From: Lama glama
Lineage: Eukaryota
NCBI GenBank assembly: GCA_028534125.1
Contig: CM052817.1
Span: 33,792,001 to 33,856,000, forward strand
Length of the DNA: 64,000 nt
Direction of reading: 5' to 3'
Numbering within the stretch: the stretch's first letter is position 1; every line of letters starts with the position of its first letter. Of this stretch, positions 40,323-50,770 are shown one piece after another. A program made the position numbers and the translations under genes. Below the pieces are notes generated by a model that was not told the DNA's origin, did not search any database, and saw only the letters and a program-made list of their open reading frames with translations.

Positions 40323-40371
<49 letters not shown>
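40140..40371 (+). mobile_element. Young L1 3' end with (TAAA)n tail
   Basis: ggtcctactctacagcacggggacctacattcagtatctt...actgaatcactttgcagtacaccagaaattaacacaacactgtaaa, then ~11 TAAA units. Confidence 0.85.
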
Positions 40372-41148
40372 CAAAGGAGGAAAAAAGTGTAAGGTTCACG
40401 AGGGAGGGCTGTTTCTTGTCGTTGTGTTCTGCATTCCCGGGACAGTGTCTGGCTTCTAATTGGCTTTCACTACAGCTAACCCTTTCCTTCAAGTCCTACT
40501 TGAGTAGAAATGAAAGAGTTAATACGATTCCCTTTCCAAAGAAGTAAGGGGACAGTTACTCAATAGATTATATTATTTATTATCTCTTATATAATCTTTT
40601 AAATCCTTTCACCCCAGAAACTTTAATTACCAATGGGCAAATGTTTCTATAAGTTCTTTGACCATAATTCTGATGTCACAGTCAAATAATTGGACTTGCA
40701 AATTTTAACAAGAGTAACTACAAGTAAGTAAACAAACTAAATAATGCAAACATTCTTACTGAACCGGCTTTCTTGGATTAAAAAGAAATATTTTTGGTAA
40801 CTGATAATTTCAGAGAACCCATTATGTTCTCTTCATTGCATGAATCCCTCCTCAAAAAGTATAAAACAAATATTTGTTTTTTATGAGTTAAAATTGCAAC
40901 ATGTATAAATAATTGGTTTCCAATGATGCATGCAAATAACATCAGAATTTGTTTTAAATGTGGAAGCAATTGTGGAATATAATTACACAGTATGCAATTC
41001 AATACCCTCTTGCTCATTAATATATATGGACCCTCTTATAGAGGTTCATTGTTTCTTGGGAGTCAAATCTGGCAGGTAAGAGCCAAAGAAGGTAATTTTC
41101 CCTGGTCATCAAATAGATACTGGTTTCAAAAGCAAATCAATAGCCGTA

Positions 41149-41324
41149 TCCAAATCAATTGCAACATTTAGAAAAGAGGTCCACTCAAAACCCAAATTCC
41201 AATTTGATTAGTACTTTGCAAGAAATATTAATTATAGGGATATAAAACAGGCTATGTATGTATGTATTAGAAGCTTACCTCTTCTCATTCGACCCCTCCT
41301 CCTTCCATTTCAGTGGGTAGTAGG
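41149..41324 (+). repeat. Diverged direct repeat, copy 1 (partner at 42155-42319)
   Basis: Manual alignment of the first 80 columns gives 66 identities with the second copy. Confidence 0.85.
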
Positions 41325-41609
41325 GAAAAGGGCATGTTGGCTTTGGTTTCAGTGGTTGGGGATGGGTGAAAAAAGCTTTCTGTATTTATGTAACTAGCGT
41401 GTATATTTGTGTGGGCCTACTCACAACTCTTCCTGGTGTCGTTGCAAAATTCATGGTGACTTCTTCATTTTGCAAATTTTGCAAACTTTGGCTTACTCAC
41501 ATTTGTAATTCTAAACTGCAATTAAAATTCTGTGGCTTTGTGCCCTTGTCTTGAGAGCATTCGCTTCTGGGTAACCTGCAAAGAAGAGAAGAAGGAATGA
41601 GTGGGTCCT

Positions 41610-41750
41610 TTTTTTGGATTTTAATTCTTATTTTTTATTGAACTGTAGTTGATTTACAATGTTAGTTTCATGTGTACCACCAAGCAATTCAGTTATACAT
41701 ATACATACATATATATATATTTTTCAGATTCTTTTCCATTACAGCTCATT
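41610..41750 (-). mobile_element. Short young L1 3' end with TSD
   Basis: ttttattgaactgtagttgatttacaatgttagtttc...ttcagttatacatatac. TSD tgagtgggtcct / tgagtgggctct. Confidence 0.8.
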
Positions 41751-41919
41751 TGAGTGGGCTCTCATAAACTCTCTTAAGCTAGCCAGGTTGGCTCCCAGTG
41801 CCAGCTTTGGAAGTGAAAACACATAGGCTCTAAAGCCCTTGGGCACCGCCTGCCATGTTTGTTACCTTGTCTCCCGCTGTGGCTCCCCCATCCTCATCCC
41901 TACTCTCATGTAATTCATA

Positions 41920-42630
41920 AGCTGATCTTGAAGTCTGAAGAGGACCTGGTCAGATGGAGAAGGGCAGGGATGGGGAAGGTGTTTCAGGGATCGTGAACAA
42001 CCCGAGCCAATGTTCAAAGGTCAGGGGGAGATAGCACATTTAAGGAGCTGTGAGTAGGGTGGAAACAATGGAGCACTGTTTGCACGTGAAGATGAGGCTG
42101 GAGCACCAGGCAGGGTGAGATGGTGGGCAGTTGAGCATAAGACACACCGCCACCTCCAAATCAATGGCAACATCCAGAATAGCAAGGTCCACCCAAAAGT
42201 CAAACCCCAATTTGATTAGTGCTTAGAAAGAAATGCTGTCAATGAGTATTGAAAATATGCTATGTAGCGCTTACTTCATTTAATTGGCCCTCGCCCTTCT
42301 GTTTAATGGTTAGAGTAGGCTAAAACTTAGGTTTAAACCTATTCTGAAGGTCAAGGCCACTTGTGGAAATTTTTTGAAGATGAGAACAACAAAATTAGAT
42401 TTCAATTTTAGAGACAAAAAAATTCTAAAGATTTGGTAATGGAAAGGAAAAGAGAGAGAGAGAGACAGACAGAGGGAAAGAGAGAGAAGGAGGGATGGAT
42501 GGATAGATCTTTAAGAAGTAGAATTAATAGTCTTTAATGACCTGACGAAGGGGGTGAGTTTAGACTGACACCCAGGTTTCCAGGTCAGACAACTTCAAGG
42601 ATGATCATGCCATTGATCAAAACAGGTACT
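41920..42630 (-). mobile_element. L2 fragment interrupted by repeat copy 2
   Basis: gggaaggtgtttcaggga...gatgaggctggagcaccaggcaggg, then after the insert aggctaaaacttagg...attagatttcaattttagaga...tgacacccaggtttc. Confidence 0.55.
42155..42319 (+). repeat. Diverged direct repeat, copy 2
   Basis: tccaaatcaatggcaacatccagaatagcaaggtccacccaaaagtcaaaccccaatttgattagtgcttagaaagaaat aligns to 41149-41226. Confidence 0.85.
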
Positions 42631-42872
42631 ATTAACTATTATTAACTATCATAATTATTGTTAGGGCACAAATATGGGTCTGGGAATGGAAACTTTAAAA
42701 AAATAAAAGATACTGTGACTTTATAGAGATTTTCCTGCAGCATGGGACACTAATGTGCACTGTGCACAGCTGAAACAGGAAAAATCACATCATTAAAAGC
42801 AACAATGGGATGTCCACCTTCCAGCCTCACTCCTTGGTTCTGATTTAATTGGTTAGGATGGGGCCAGGCATT

Positions 42873-43950
42873 GTTTTTTTTTAATTTTCTCATGATTAAA
42901 AAAAAACACACACAACATGAAATTTACCCTCTTAACAAATTTTTAAGGGTAACGTACAGTGTTGTTAACTATATACACATTGTTGAAGAGCAGATCTCTA
43001 GAACTTTTTCATTTTGAATGATTGAAACTCTCTTCTTGTTGAAGAGCAACTCCCCATTTCTCCTTCTTCCTAGTCCCTGGCAACCACCATTCTATTTTCT
43101 GCTTCTGTGACTTTAACAACTTTAGTTACCTCATGTAAGTAGAATCATACAGCTTTTGTTCCTTTGTAACTAATTTTATGTAGCATAAAGTCCTCAAGTT
43201 TCATCCATGTTGTAGCATAAAGCAGTATTTCCTTCTCTTTTCAAGCTGAATGATATTCCATTGGGGAACATACTGCATCTTCTGTACCCATTCATCTGTT
43301 GATGAACATTTAGGTTGGTTTCCTATCTTAGCCATTATGAACTGTGCTGCAGTGAACACTGGAGTGTAAATATCTCTTCGAGATCCTGATTTCTTTTGAG
43401 TAGATACCTAAAAGTAGGATTATTGAATCACATGATAGTTCTATTTTTAAATTTTTTTTAGGAATATCCATACTATTTTCCACAATGGCCGCACAATTAT
43501 ACACTTCTACCAATGATGCTCAAATTTCCAATTTCTCCACATCCTCCCCGAGGTTTGTTATTTTCTGGTTTTTGTTTTTATAATGGCCATCCCAATAGAT
43601 GTGAAGTGATATCTTATTGTAGTTTCAACTTGCATTTCCCTACAATTCATTATGCTGAATACATTTTCATATACCTGTTGGCCATCTGAATTTTTTTTTG
43701 GAGAAATGTCTATTCAAGCGCTTTGTGGATTATTTGGTGTTTTGCTATTGAGCTGTAGGAGTTCCTTATTTATTTTGGATATTAACCTCTTATCACATAT
43801 ATGGTGTGTGAATATTTTCTCCCATCCAGTAGGCTCCCTTTTCATTTTGTTGACTGCATCCTTTGCTCTATGAAAGCTTTTTTGTTTCAGAGTCCCATTT
43901 GTTTATTTTGCTTTTGTTACCTGTGCTTTTGGTGTCATAGTCAAGACATC
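42873..43950 (-). mobile_element. L1 (L1MA9/L1MB-like) 3' ~1.1 kb
   Basis: Antisense 3' UTR (gcagatctctagaac, cctggcaaccaccattcta) and ORF2 end (ccattcatctgttgatgaacatttaggttg; ttggagaaatgtctattcaag). ORF 43328-43513(-) reads as degraded ORF2 (ILLLGIYSKE). Confidence 0.9.
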
Positions 43951-43954
43951 ATAG

Positions 43955-44017
43955 GTATTAAGTATTTTTATAAAGCTCCTCCAGATGACTTTAATGTGCA
44001 GCCAAGAGAACCATTGG
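43955..44017. mobile_element. MER5A-like hAT MITE, right part (left part ~42820-42872, split by the L1)
   Basis: ttctgatttaattggttaggatggggccaggcatt | L1 | tatttttataaagctcctccagatgactttaatgtgcagccaagagaaccattg. Confidence 0.6.
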
Positions 44018-46150
44018 TCTAGAATGTACCTTGCTATGACACAAAGCCAATGGTTCCACCTGGATGTGAAAGTGATCTTAGTCAATCAGGCCAGCAGCTA
44101 ACCACATTTATTTTCTATTTGGCATGAGAACCCTCAAAGGAGGGATGTGTCTACATTTCGGGATTGGACAGGGGTGAAGCAGGGAGAATGTAGTTGGAAA
44201 GATCACTATTGTTATCAAATTTTATTTCTGAGTAGTAATTTTTTTTCATGACTTAAACTAGAAAGAGTAAAGCTCAACAAAATCTTTCTCACTCCTGAAT
44301 AGTGATCTAAAGGATGTATGTGTGTATTATGTGCACACAAAGTGAAAATATCAGGAGGTGGCATCTACAATTTAATTTTAAGTAGGGTTCAAAGTTTAGG
44401 AAATCAGGTATAGAGAGTTAGTCCCTGACTGCATGTTCATTTATTCATGAAATATTGATTGAGTGCCTCCTAGATGTCAGTGCCTTTCTGGATCTTCTAG
44501 CTTTATTTATTCCAATCTATTAGCCCAGGGAAGTAAGTATTATTATCCCATTTTACAGACAAAAGTGTGGCAAAGAATGGTGCAACATAGTCACACAGTT
44601 AAGAAGTGGCTAGGCCATCAATTCCATAAGGTCCGGGATCTTTGTCCTGCCCACTGGGTGTCCCTAATCCCAGGAGAGTGTCTGGTATATTGTAAGCATC
44701 CAAAATATATTTGAATGCGGTTCTATCAGCTGTGTCTGGATCTGCTGTTGACCCCTCGTAACTAGGCGCTCTCAGCTCATCCTCTCCAGGGCCAGCGTTG
44801 CCTTCCCCCTCTTAGTTCTGAGGAAGCTGCTCCCCCCGACAAACCCCCACCCTTCCAGCCAGCTTTCCATGGCTGCATCTTATTCTGCGAGGCTGTGGGG
44901 GTTGCATCTGACTAGGTCGTTGAGCACATTGTGAAGAGGGTATTTATTCATCCAGGAAATATCCATTTACATACCAAACTCTGGTTGATCTGGAAGGTTA
45001 GACGGGAACAATAACTACTCTGTGTCCACAGGCCAGGGAGCTAACTATACCAAACTCAACAGTAGTTAACAAAATATTATGTCTTAGTAGTAACAGAGTG
45101 ACAATCAGGAAAGAGTTTCAGTGAAAATACACAGAACGCCCTATATTGACAAGGCTATCTTAGCTTCAGCCCTTCACCAAAATTATTTTCACTGGTATTT
45201 TAAAAATCTTTGCACTATGTTTCCAAAATATGCTTAGGAAAAAAAAAAAGAACTTGTTTCTGTAGCCTAAATGTGAAGGCTTTCAGGGAGGAAACAAAAA
45301 AGAAATGGAAGACACTGTTTTTTATCATTTTTATTTTATCATTTTAGAGCACGCGGATGAGGATTCGGGAAATCTTCGTGTCGCTCTCTTAATAAAGCCA
45401 CAGTGAGCACTTCATGCTGCTTCCACTTCCCACACACAAACTTTCTAATTATAAAAGGACCTTTTCAGACTTATTCAGGGCATATAATCTTATTTGCAGC
45501 TCCTAATTGGAGGACTGTGTTTGTTGAAAAGAACAGAAGTCTTCAGTCATTTAGAATAAAGCTGGCTCATCAACCCCTGTGGGAAGAAAAGAACTATTTA
45601 TTTTATCCGTTAATCCCAAATACAAACACAATAAAGCTGTCTTTTCTAATAGTGACCTATTTCATGTTAAATTGGGATAAAGCTAGCTTTGCTGAATACG
45701 ACTATTGTAGTCAACAAAAAAGTCAATCTTATTAGGATTCCCATTGAATACTTTCCAATAACTTATCTTTTAAAATGCTGAACCCAAATCCCAGCTGAAT
45801 TCTTTATGTTGTCTGACACAAAATGCAAATCTGGAAGGGAAATAACCTCAACTAGTGAGCCCCATCTAGTGACAGGGAAGTAAATTGCTGTTCAAAACCT
45901 GGTCTGCAATTCTCCCATCTTTAATCTGATTTTTACATTCTTCTATCTGTGCCCATGCCCTTATGTTTCTGTTCCTCTCTGGTTTTTTTTTCCTTTTTGC
46001 CTATAACTTTTATTTTTGAGCATAGACAAGATTTTATACCAAGCAAATTTTTTTTCTTGGTAACTTAAATTTTAGTCTTTAAAAAATTTACCTTGCTTAA
46101 AATTAGCCAGATTCCCCATTTACTGTTGAATTTTAAAATGTGAGCAGCCA

Positions 46151-46364
46151 GATAAAACTACTATGTATAGAATAGATGAACAGCAAGGTCCTACTGTATA
46201 GCACAGGGAGCTATATTCAATGGCTTATAGTAACCTGTAATGAAAAAGAATATGAAAAAGTATATACACATGTAACTGAATCACTATGCTGTACACCAGA
46301 AACTAAATACAACATTGTAAATCAACTATACTTCAATTTAAAAAAAAGATTAAAAAATAAAAAT
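46151..46364 (+). mobile_element. Young L1 3' end with TSD
   Basis: aacagcaaggtcctactgtatagcacagggagctatattcaa...poly-A. TSD aaaatgtgagcagcca / aaaatttggacagcca (13/16) at a TTTT|AAAA site. Confidence 0.9.
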
Positions 46365-46574
46365 AAAATTTGGACAGCCATGTTCCTTGAATAGCACTAC
46401 ATAGCATTTATGGATTAAACTATTTGATGTAAATAATATTATTCATTTAGCCTATGTATTTAATCAAAAGACTCCAAAGGTTCTTTACTCCTAAGAACTT
46501 TAGAGGAGCAAGACTGGGTCATAGAAAAATTCAATGAGAACACCTAAGGACATTAAAGTTCTCAAAGCCTGAAA

Positions 46575-46651
46575 GGGGAGGGTGTAGCTCAGTGGTAGAG
46601 TACACGTTTACATGCATAAAGTCCTGGGTTCAATCCCCAGAACCTCTGTTA
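46575..46651 (+). mobile_element. Camelid tRNA-Ala-derived SINE head, no tail
   Basis: ggggagggtgtagctcagtggtagag...gtcctgggttcaatccccagaacctc flanked by tcaaagcct (46562-46570, 46652-46660). Confidence 0.85.
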
Positions 46652-47039
46652 TCAAAGCCTAGTTTCTTGGGCAATATCTACATTCAATGGTTGTACTGGC
46701 TCAGAGGTCATTTCTTTTAGCCAGCTACATTAGAAGTTAATTTTGGCGTGTCTGCATGGCACATTTCTGCATTTCTTGAATTTTATTATCACAATAATAA
46801 ACATATCAAAAACGAAATAAGACCTACTTCAAGGATCAACTCCAGTCATACATGGGAAATGTTTTTGTTAGTGATTCTGTCTTATAAATGCCAACCTTCT
46901 TTGTTCCCAGAAAAAATAAGTGGATGATAGCCATATATCACTTTTAAATGCAGAAGAACAGATTCCTCAATTTATCTACACTTGAGTTACTTTCAAAGTA
47001 TCTTTCCATTGGCCTAGGTGCCCACACACCAGAAGCAGA

Positions 47040-47450
47040 CGTAGGTATAGGAGGTTCTGGGTTATGGAAGAAAGAGCCAGGGACTCAAGTTCACGTCCTA
47101 ACATTACCTTTCAATGGCCGCATGACCTTGGGAAAGTCATACCTCCCATCAAGTTCCTATGAGCTCAGGCTCTGAAGCAGACACATGCCTGCTCCTCCAC
47201 CTCTGAGCTGCTAGACTTCAGACAAAGTACTTCTCTAAGCTTTAACTTGCTTAATGTGTGTCATGATACTTACTTCATGGCGTTGTTATGAGGAATTGAT
47301 GGAATAAAGAATGTGCAGTGCTGAGCTCAGGTTCTGGCACATAACAGAGAGCTCAGTATTATTATTACTTACAAAATGGAGGGACCAGCATCCACCTCTC
47401 AAGACCTTTGGGAAGACTCAACAAGATGACATTTGGGAATGTGTTGGTCA
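47040..47450 (+). mobile_element. Cluster of MIR fragments
   Basis: gcatgaccttgggaaagtca; tacttacttcatggcgttgttatgagga; ctggcacataacagagagctcagtatt. Confidence 0.6.
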
Positions 47451-47934
47451 GCTCTACAGCACTCTGTAAATAATCTGGATGAGAACACTCAGAGAAGGCC
47501 TAAAGAAAGAAGGGAGGAGGTTGTAGTTGGAGAACATGGGGCTTTTGTAGATTAGCACACGCTTTATGGGCTGAGCAGCATTTTTGTAGGTCTCATGATT
47601 TGTATTGTGGACTTCCATTTTATTTGGGGATGGAAATTTCTGAAGAGAATAGAACAATAGAGTTGGAAGAAGGGGTTCTGTAATTTGGTTTCCTCATTCT
47701 ATTTAGGAAACAAATGCCCCTTTCTTTGTTCCAAAGAGCTCTTTACTCATTTAAGATTTTTTTTTAGGAATTTTAAATGCTTTCTTTAATGTCTGCCTTT
47801 GCTTCTGGATGATAAACACCATGAGGATGGGATGATGGCTGTCTGGTCCCCACTGTACCCTTAGCCACAGCTCAGGGTCCAGCACAGTGTCTGGTACATT
47901 GTGTATATAAGGTAATTGCTGACAAGCTCAGAGA

Positions 47935-48170
47935 TGCCACATAGCAAGGAAGTTCAGAGCATGGACTCTGCAGAGAGGAAAAGCTGGGTACAAATTTGAT
48001 CTCTTTTGTTTAATTCCTGTGTGATCTTGGGCAAGTTACTTAGCATCTCTGATTCTCAGTTTCCTTGTCTTTAAAATAGGACTAATAATGATAGGACCTA
48101 TTCCATAGGGCTGTTGCTGAGATTATGAGCTAATTCATGAAAAGTGCCTAAAACAATGTAACTCTATTAA
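47935..48170 (+). mobile_element. MIR SINE (preceded by an L2 3' end at ~47780-47925)
   Basis: ctgtgtgatcttgggcaagttacttagcatctctgattctcagtttccttgtctttaaaatagg. Confidence 0.8.
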
Positions 48171-49462
48171 TTTATCAAAATGACCAATATAACAAAGTCA
48201 ATTACAGGGAGTTCTGGAACTAGAATCCTACCGAGATCTTGTTTTTTTATTTTTATTCCTCCAATATCCCTCAACCTCTCTGCCCAGACCACTTTCCAAA
48301 ATCATTAAATCTAATCAGACAAAAATAGTGACACAAAATAAAGTATTGGGTGATTCACTTAGAGGTGCAGCAATGTCTCAAAGTACTAGCAGCGAGTTTC
48401 AGGAACTCATTTGAACGGTGGTAAGGGCTTATTATTGCTAATAACCTCCCGGAGTCTAAAGCACAGAGCTGAACAGAGCATTTCATATTTTGCTCTAACA
48501 GTTGGTCCTTAAGGGTTTGACGATCAGATGCAGGCATGGCTGGATTATGAAAATGGCATGTTCAAAAATATCTCTGCAGCTCACTCCTAGATGACTTTCA
48601 GCAAGTGAACTGTTAGCCTCCTGGAAGATTAGACGTCAAGATAATTAGCTCTCTGCCACATGGACTCTATTTTTCAAATCTCATTCTCCTTTCTTCCCTA
48701 TGTCGCTTAGTTGACACAACTCATGATTACTTTATGCCTGAGTTCTTCAATTTCTTGTCAGCGCCCTCATAAACCATCTCCTATTCATGATGTATCACAC
48801 CTAACACTCAATTCACACTATTAACTTTGATGTTGTATTTTACAATTCAGTGTGTGTCCAAACATCATAGAAAACAAAGATCAAGTTAGACAGGTAAACC
48901 AGATATAGGAGTTTTGCCTATGATAACCCATCCTCTTGTCTCTCTTTGCTCTTCAAAAGCCAATGTGCCACGGAGGAAGTGAAATGCATGTTTTCCCATT
49001 TCATCTCGTGACCAGATGGCTGTGAATTTCTTCTTTCTTTGTCTAATGTTGGAGTCTGAGATTTCCCATTTCATTTTTCTATATGATCTGGACTTGGCCT
49101 TATGCAACTTGGGAATAACTTTCTCTTTTCTATCATAAATGGAGCCAATGAAAAGCTAGACTGAAAAAGAAAAAAGATGGAATGGGAATTATCCAAAGGA
49201 ACCATACAATAATAGAAATTCTGACTGGGAGAACTTGGAAATGCTGTCTGTCCACCTCCTTGCACCTTAACCTGCCCCACACCAATCCAGCAGGTAATTT
49301 GGGCTCCTTTTTCCAAGGAATGCATAGAATACCATGCCTCTGTCCTCCATTTAAGAAAGTTCTTCATTTATACAGCTCAATACCTTTTCTCTCTCTAGTT
49401 CAGAATCTTTCCTTTGTGTTGTGAGGAAGAAGAGTTGGTTAGCTTCATGTCACCTAGAAATA

Positions 49463-49967
49463 CAGATCTTCCTTGACTTGTCATGGGGTTACATCCCAAC
49501 AAACCCAACGGAAGTTGAAGATATCGTAGGTCAAAAATGCATTTAATACACCTCACCCACAGAACATCACAGCTTAGCCTAGCCCAACTTAAACATGCTC
49601 AGAACATGGATAGTAGCCTGCAGTTGGGCAAAAATCATCTAACAGAGAGCCTATTTCATAATAAAGTATTGAATATTTCATGTAATTTATTGAATACTGT
49701 CCTGAAAATGGAAAGCAGAGTGGTTGCCTGTGTACAGAGTGACTGTAAGTGCATCAGTTGTTGCCCTGTGATGGCATGGACAACTGGGAGCTGCAGTGGC
49801 TGCCACTGCCCAGCATCACGAGGGAGTGTCCTACCATTTGTCACTAGCCCTGGAAAAAAGCACGATTCAAAATTCCAACGTATGGTTTCTCGTGAGTGCG
49901 TTATCACTGTTGCACCATCATAAAGTTGAAAAATCACTAAGTTGAGCTATCGTTAGTTGAGACATCT
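49463..49967 (+). mobile_element. Tigger5/MER47-type non-autonomous TcMar DNA transposon
   Basis: Preceded by TA; cagatcttccttgacttgtcatggggttacatccc...aaaatgcatttaatacacct...gcttagcctagcc...cagttgggcaaaaatcatctaac...gcaccatcataaagttgaaaaatc. Confidence 0.85.
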
Positions 49968-50529
49968 CACCTCCTGGCCCCTTCCCTCTCCTGGACCTGT
50001 GGAGTTTGCTTTCCCACTTCCCTGCCATTGCACAATTTGATTAATTGTGGAAATTCCAGGATTTCCTGAAAGTGATCTTGAACTGAACCAGTGTTCGAGG
50101 TAGAAGAAACAAGGATGAGGAAAGCTTTTTCTCTTTTCTTTCCTTTGCCAGCATCACGGCACCATTCCTTAGATGCTGACTACTTCCTTCCCGCACCCCC
50201 CCGCCACAGCTCAGAAAATGTGGGATCAGATCAAAGGCTTACCAAACAGCCTTTAGCTGCGTGCTTGGCTCCAAAATCCAGCTCTTCTCGAAGCTCTAAG
50301 GAAGGGCCTGGTTCCTAAGAGTCTTCTAAGATTTATTCAGACTCAGGAATTGTTCCCTGGAGACCTAAAACATGCGGGGAATTTCCTCTACCCCACTCCC
50401 ACCTGCACTCTTGTACATAGGTCCTTAGTTAATTTATTTTTAATGCTGAGCACAACTTGCTGAGCTATTTCAACAGCATTTATCTTGATTTCTATATACC
50501 AGCCACCAGCCCATTGAACGCCGAGTGGC

Positions 50530-50770
50530 CTGGCAATATGCGTAATGAAAAGAGCACAAGTTTGGGGGTCAGGCTGACCTTGGTCTGATGCTCCACTATT
50601 TCATTTGCTGCAGAATGGCTTTGGTCAAGTTGCTTTACCTCTAAACTTTCGGTTTCTTCTGTGTAAAATGGAGCTAATACCAACTTGGGGGTTTGACACT
50701 AGGATTAAAGAGAGACTTAACCCATGGAAAAAGCACCCATGGAGTGCTTTGGAGTGCATTTATTGCTTCA
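50530..50770 (+). mobile_element. MIR SINE
   Basis: ggctttggtcaagttgctttacctctaaactttcggtttcttctgtgtaaaatggagctaatac. Confidence 0.65.

Noticed and set aside
43328..44085. Cluster of short ORFs
   Set aside because: Derived almost entirely from a frameshifted L1 fragment; not a host gene.
45357..45385. SECIS element (ATGA...AAA)
   Set aside because: No 3' GA quartet partner and no selenoprotein context.
46575..46646. tRNA-Ala gene
   Set aside because: Anticodon and acceptor stems are disrupted, it has a TSD, and it matches the other SINE heads in the window.
49537..49937. 128-aa and 93-aa ORFs
   Set aside because: Lie inside a non-autonomous Tigger5/MER47 element, with no transposase motifs.
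50377..50386. Isolated NF-kB consensus GGGAATTTCC
   Set aside because: A single motif without supporting context; expected by chance.
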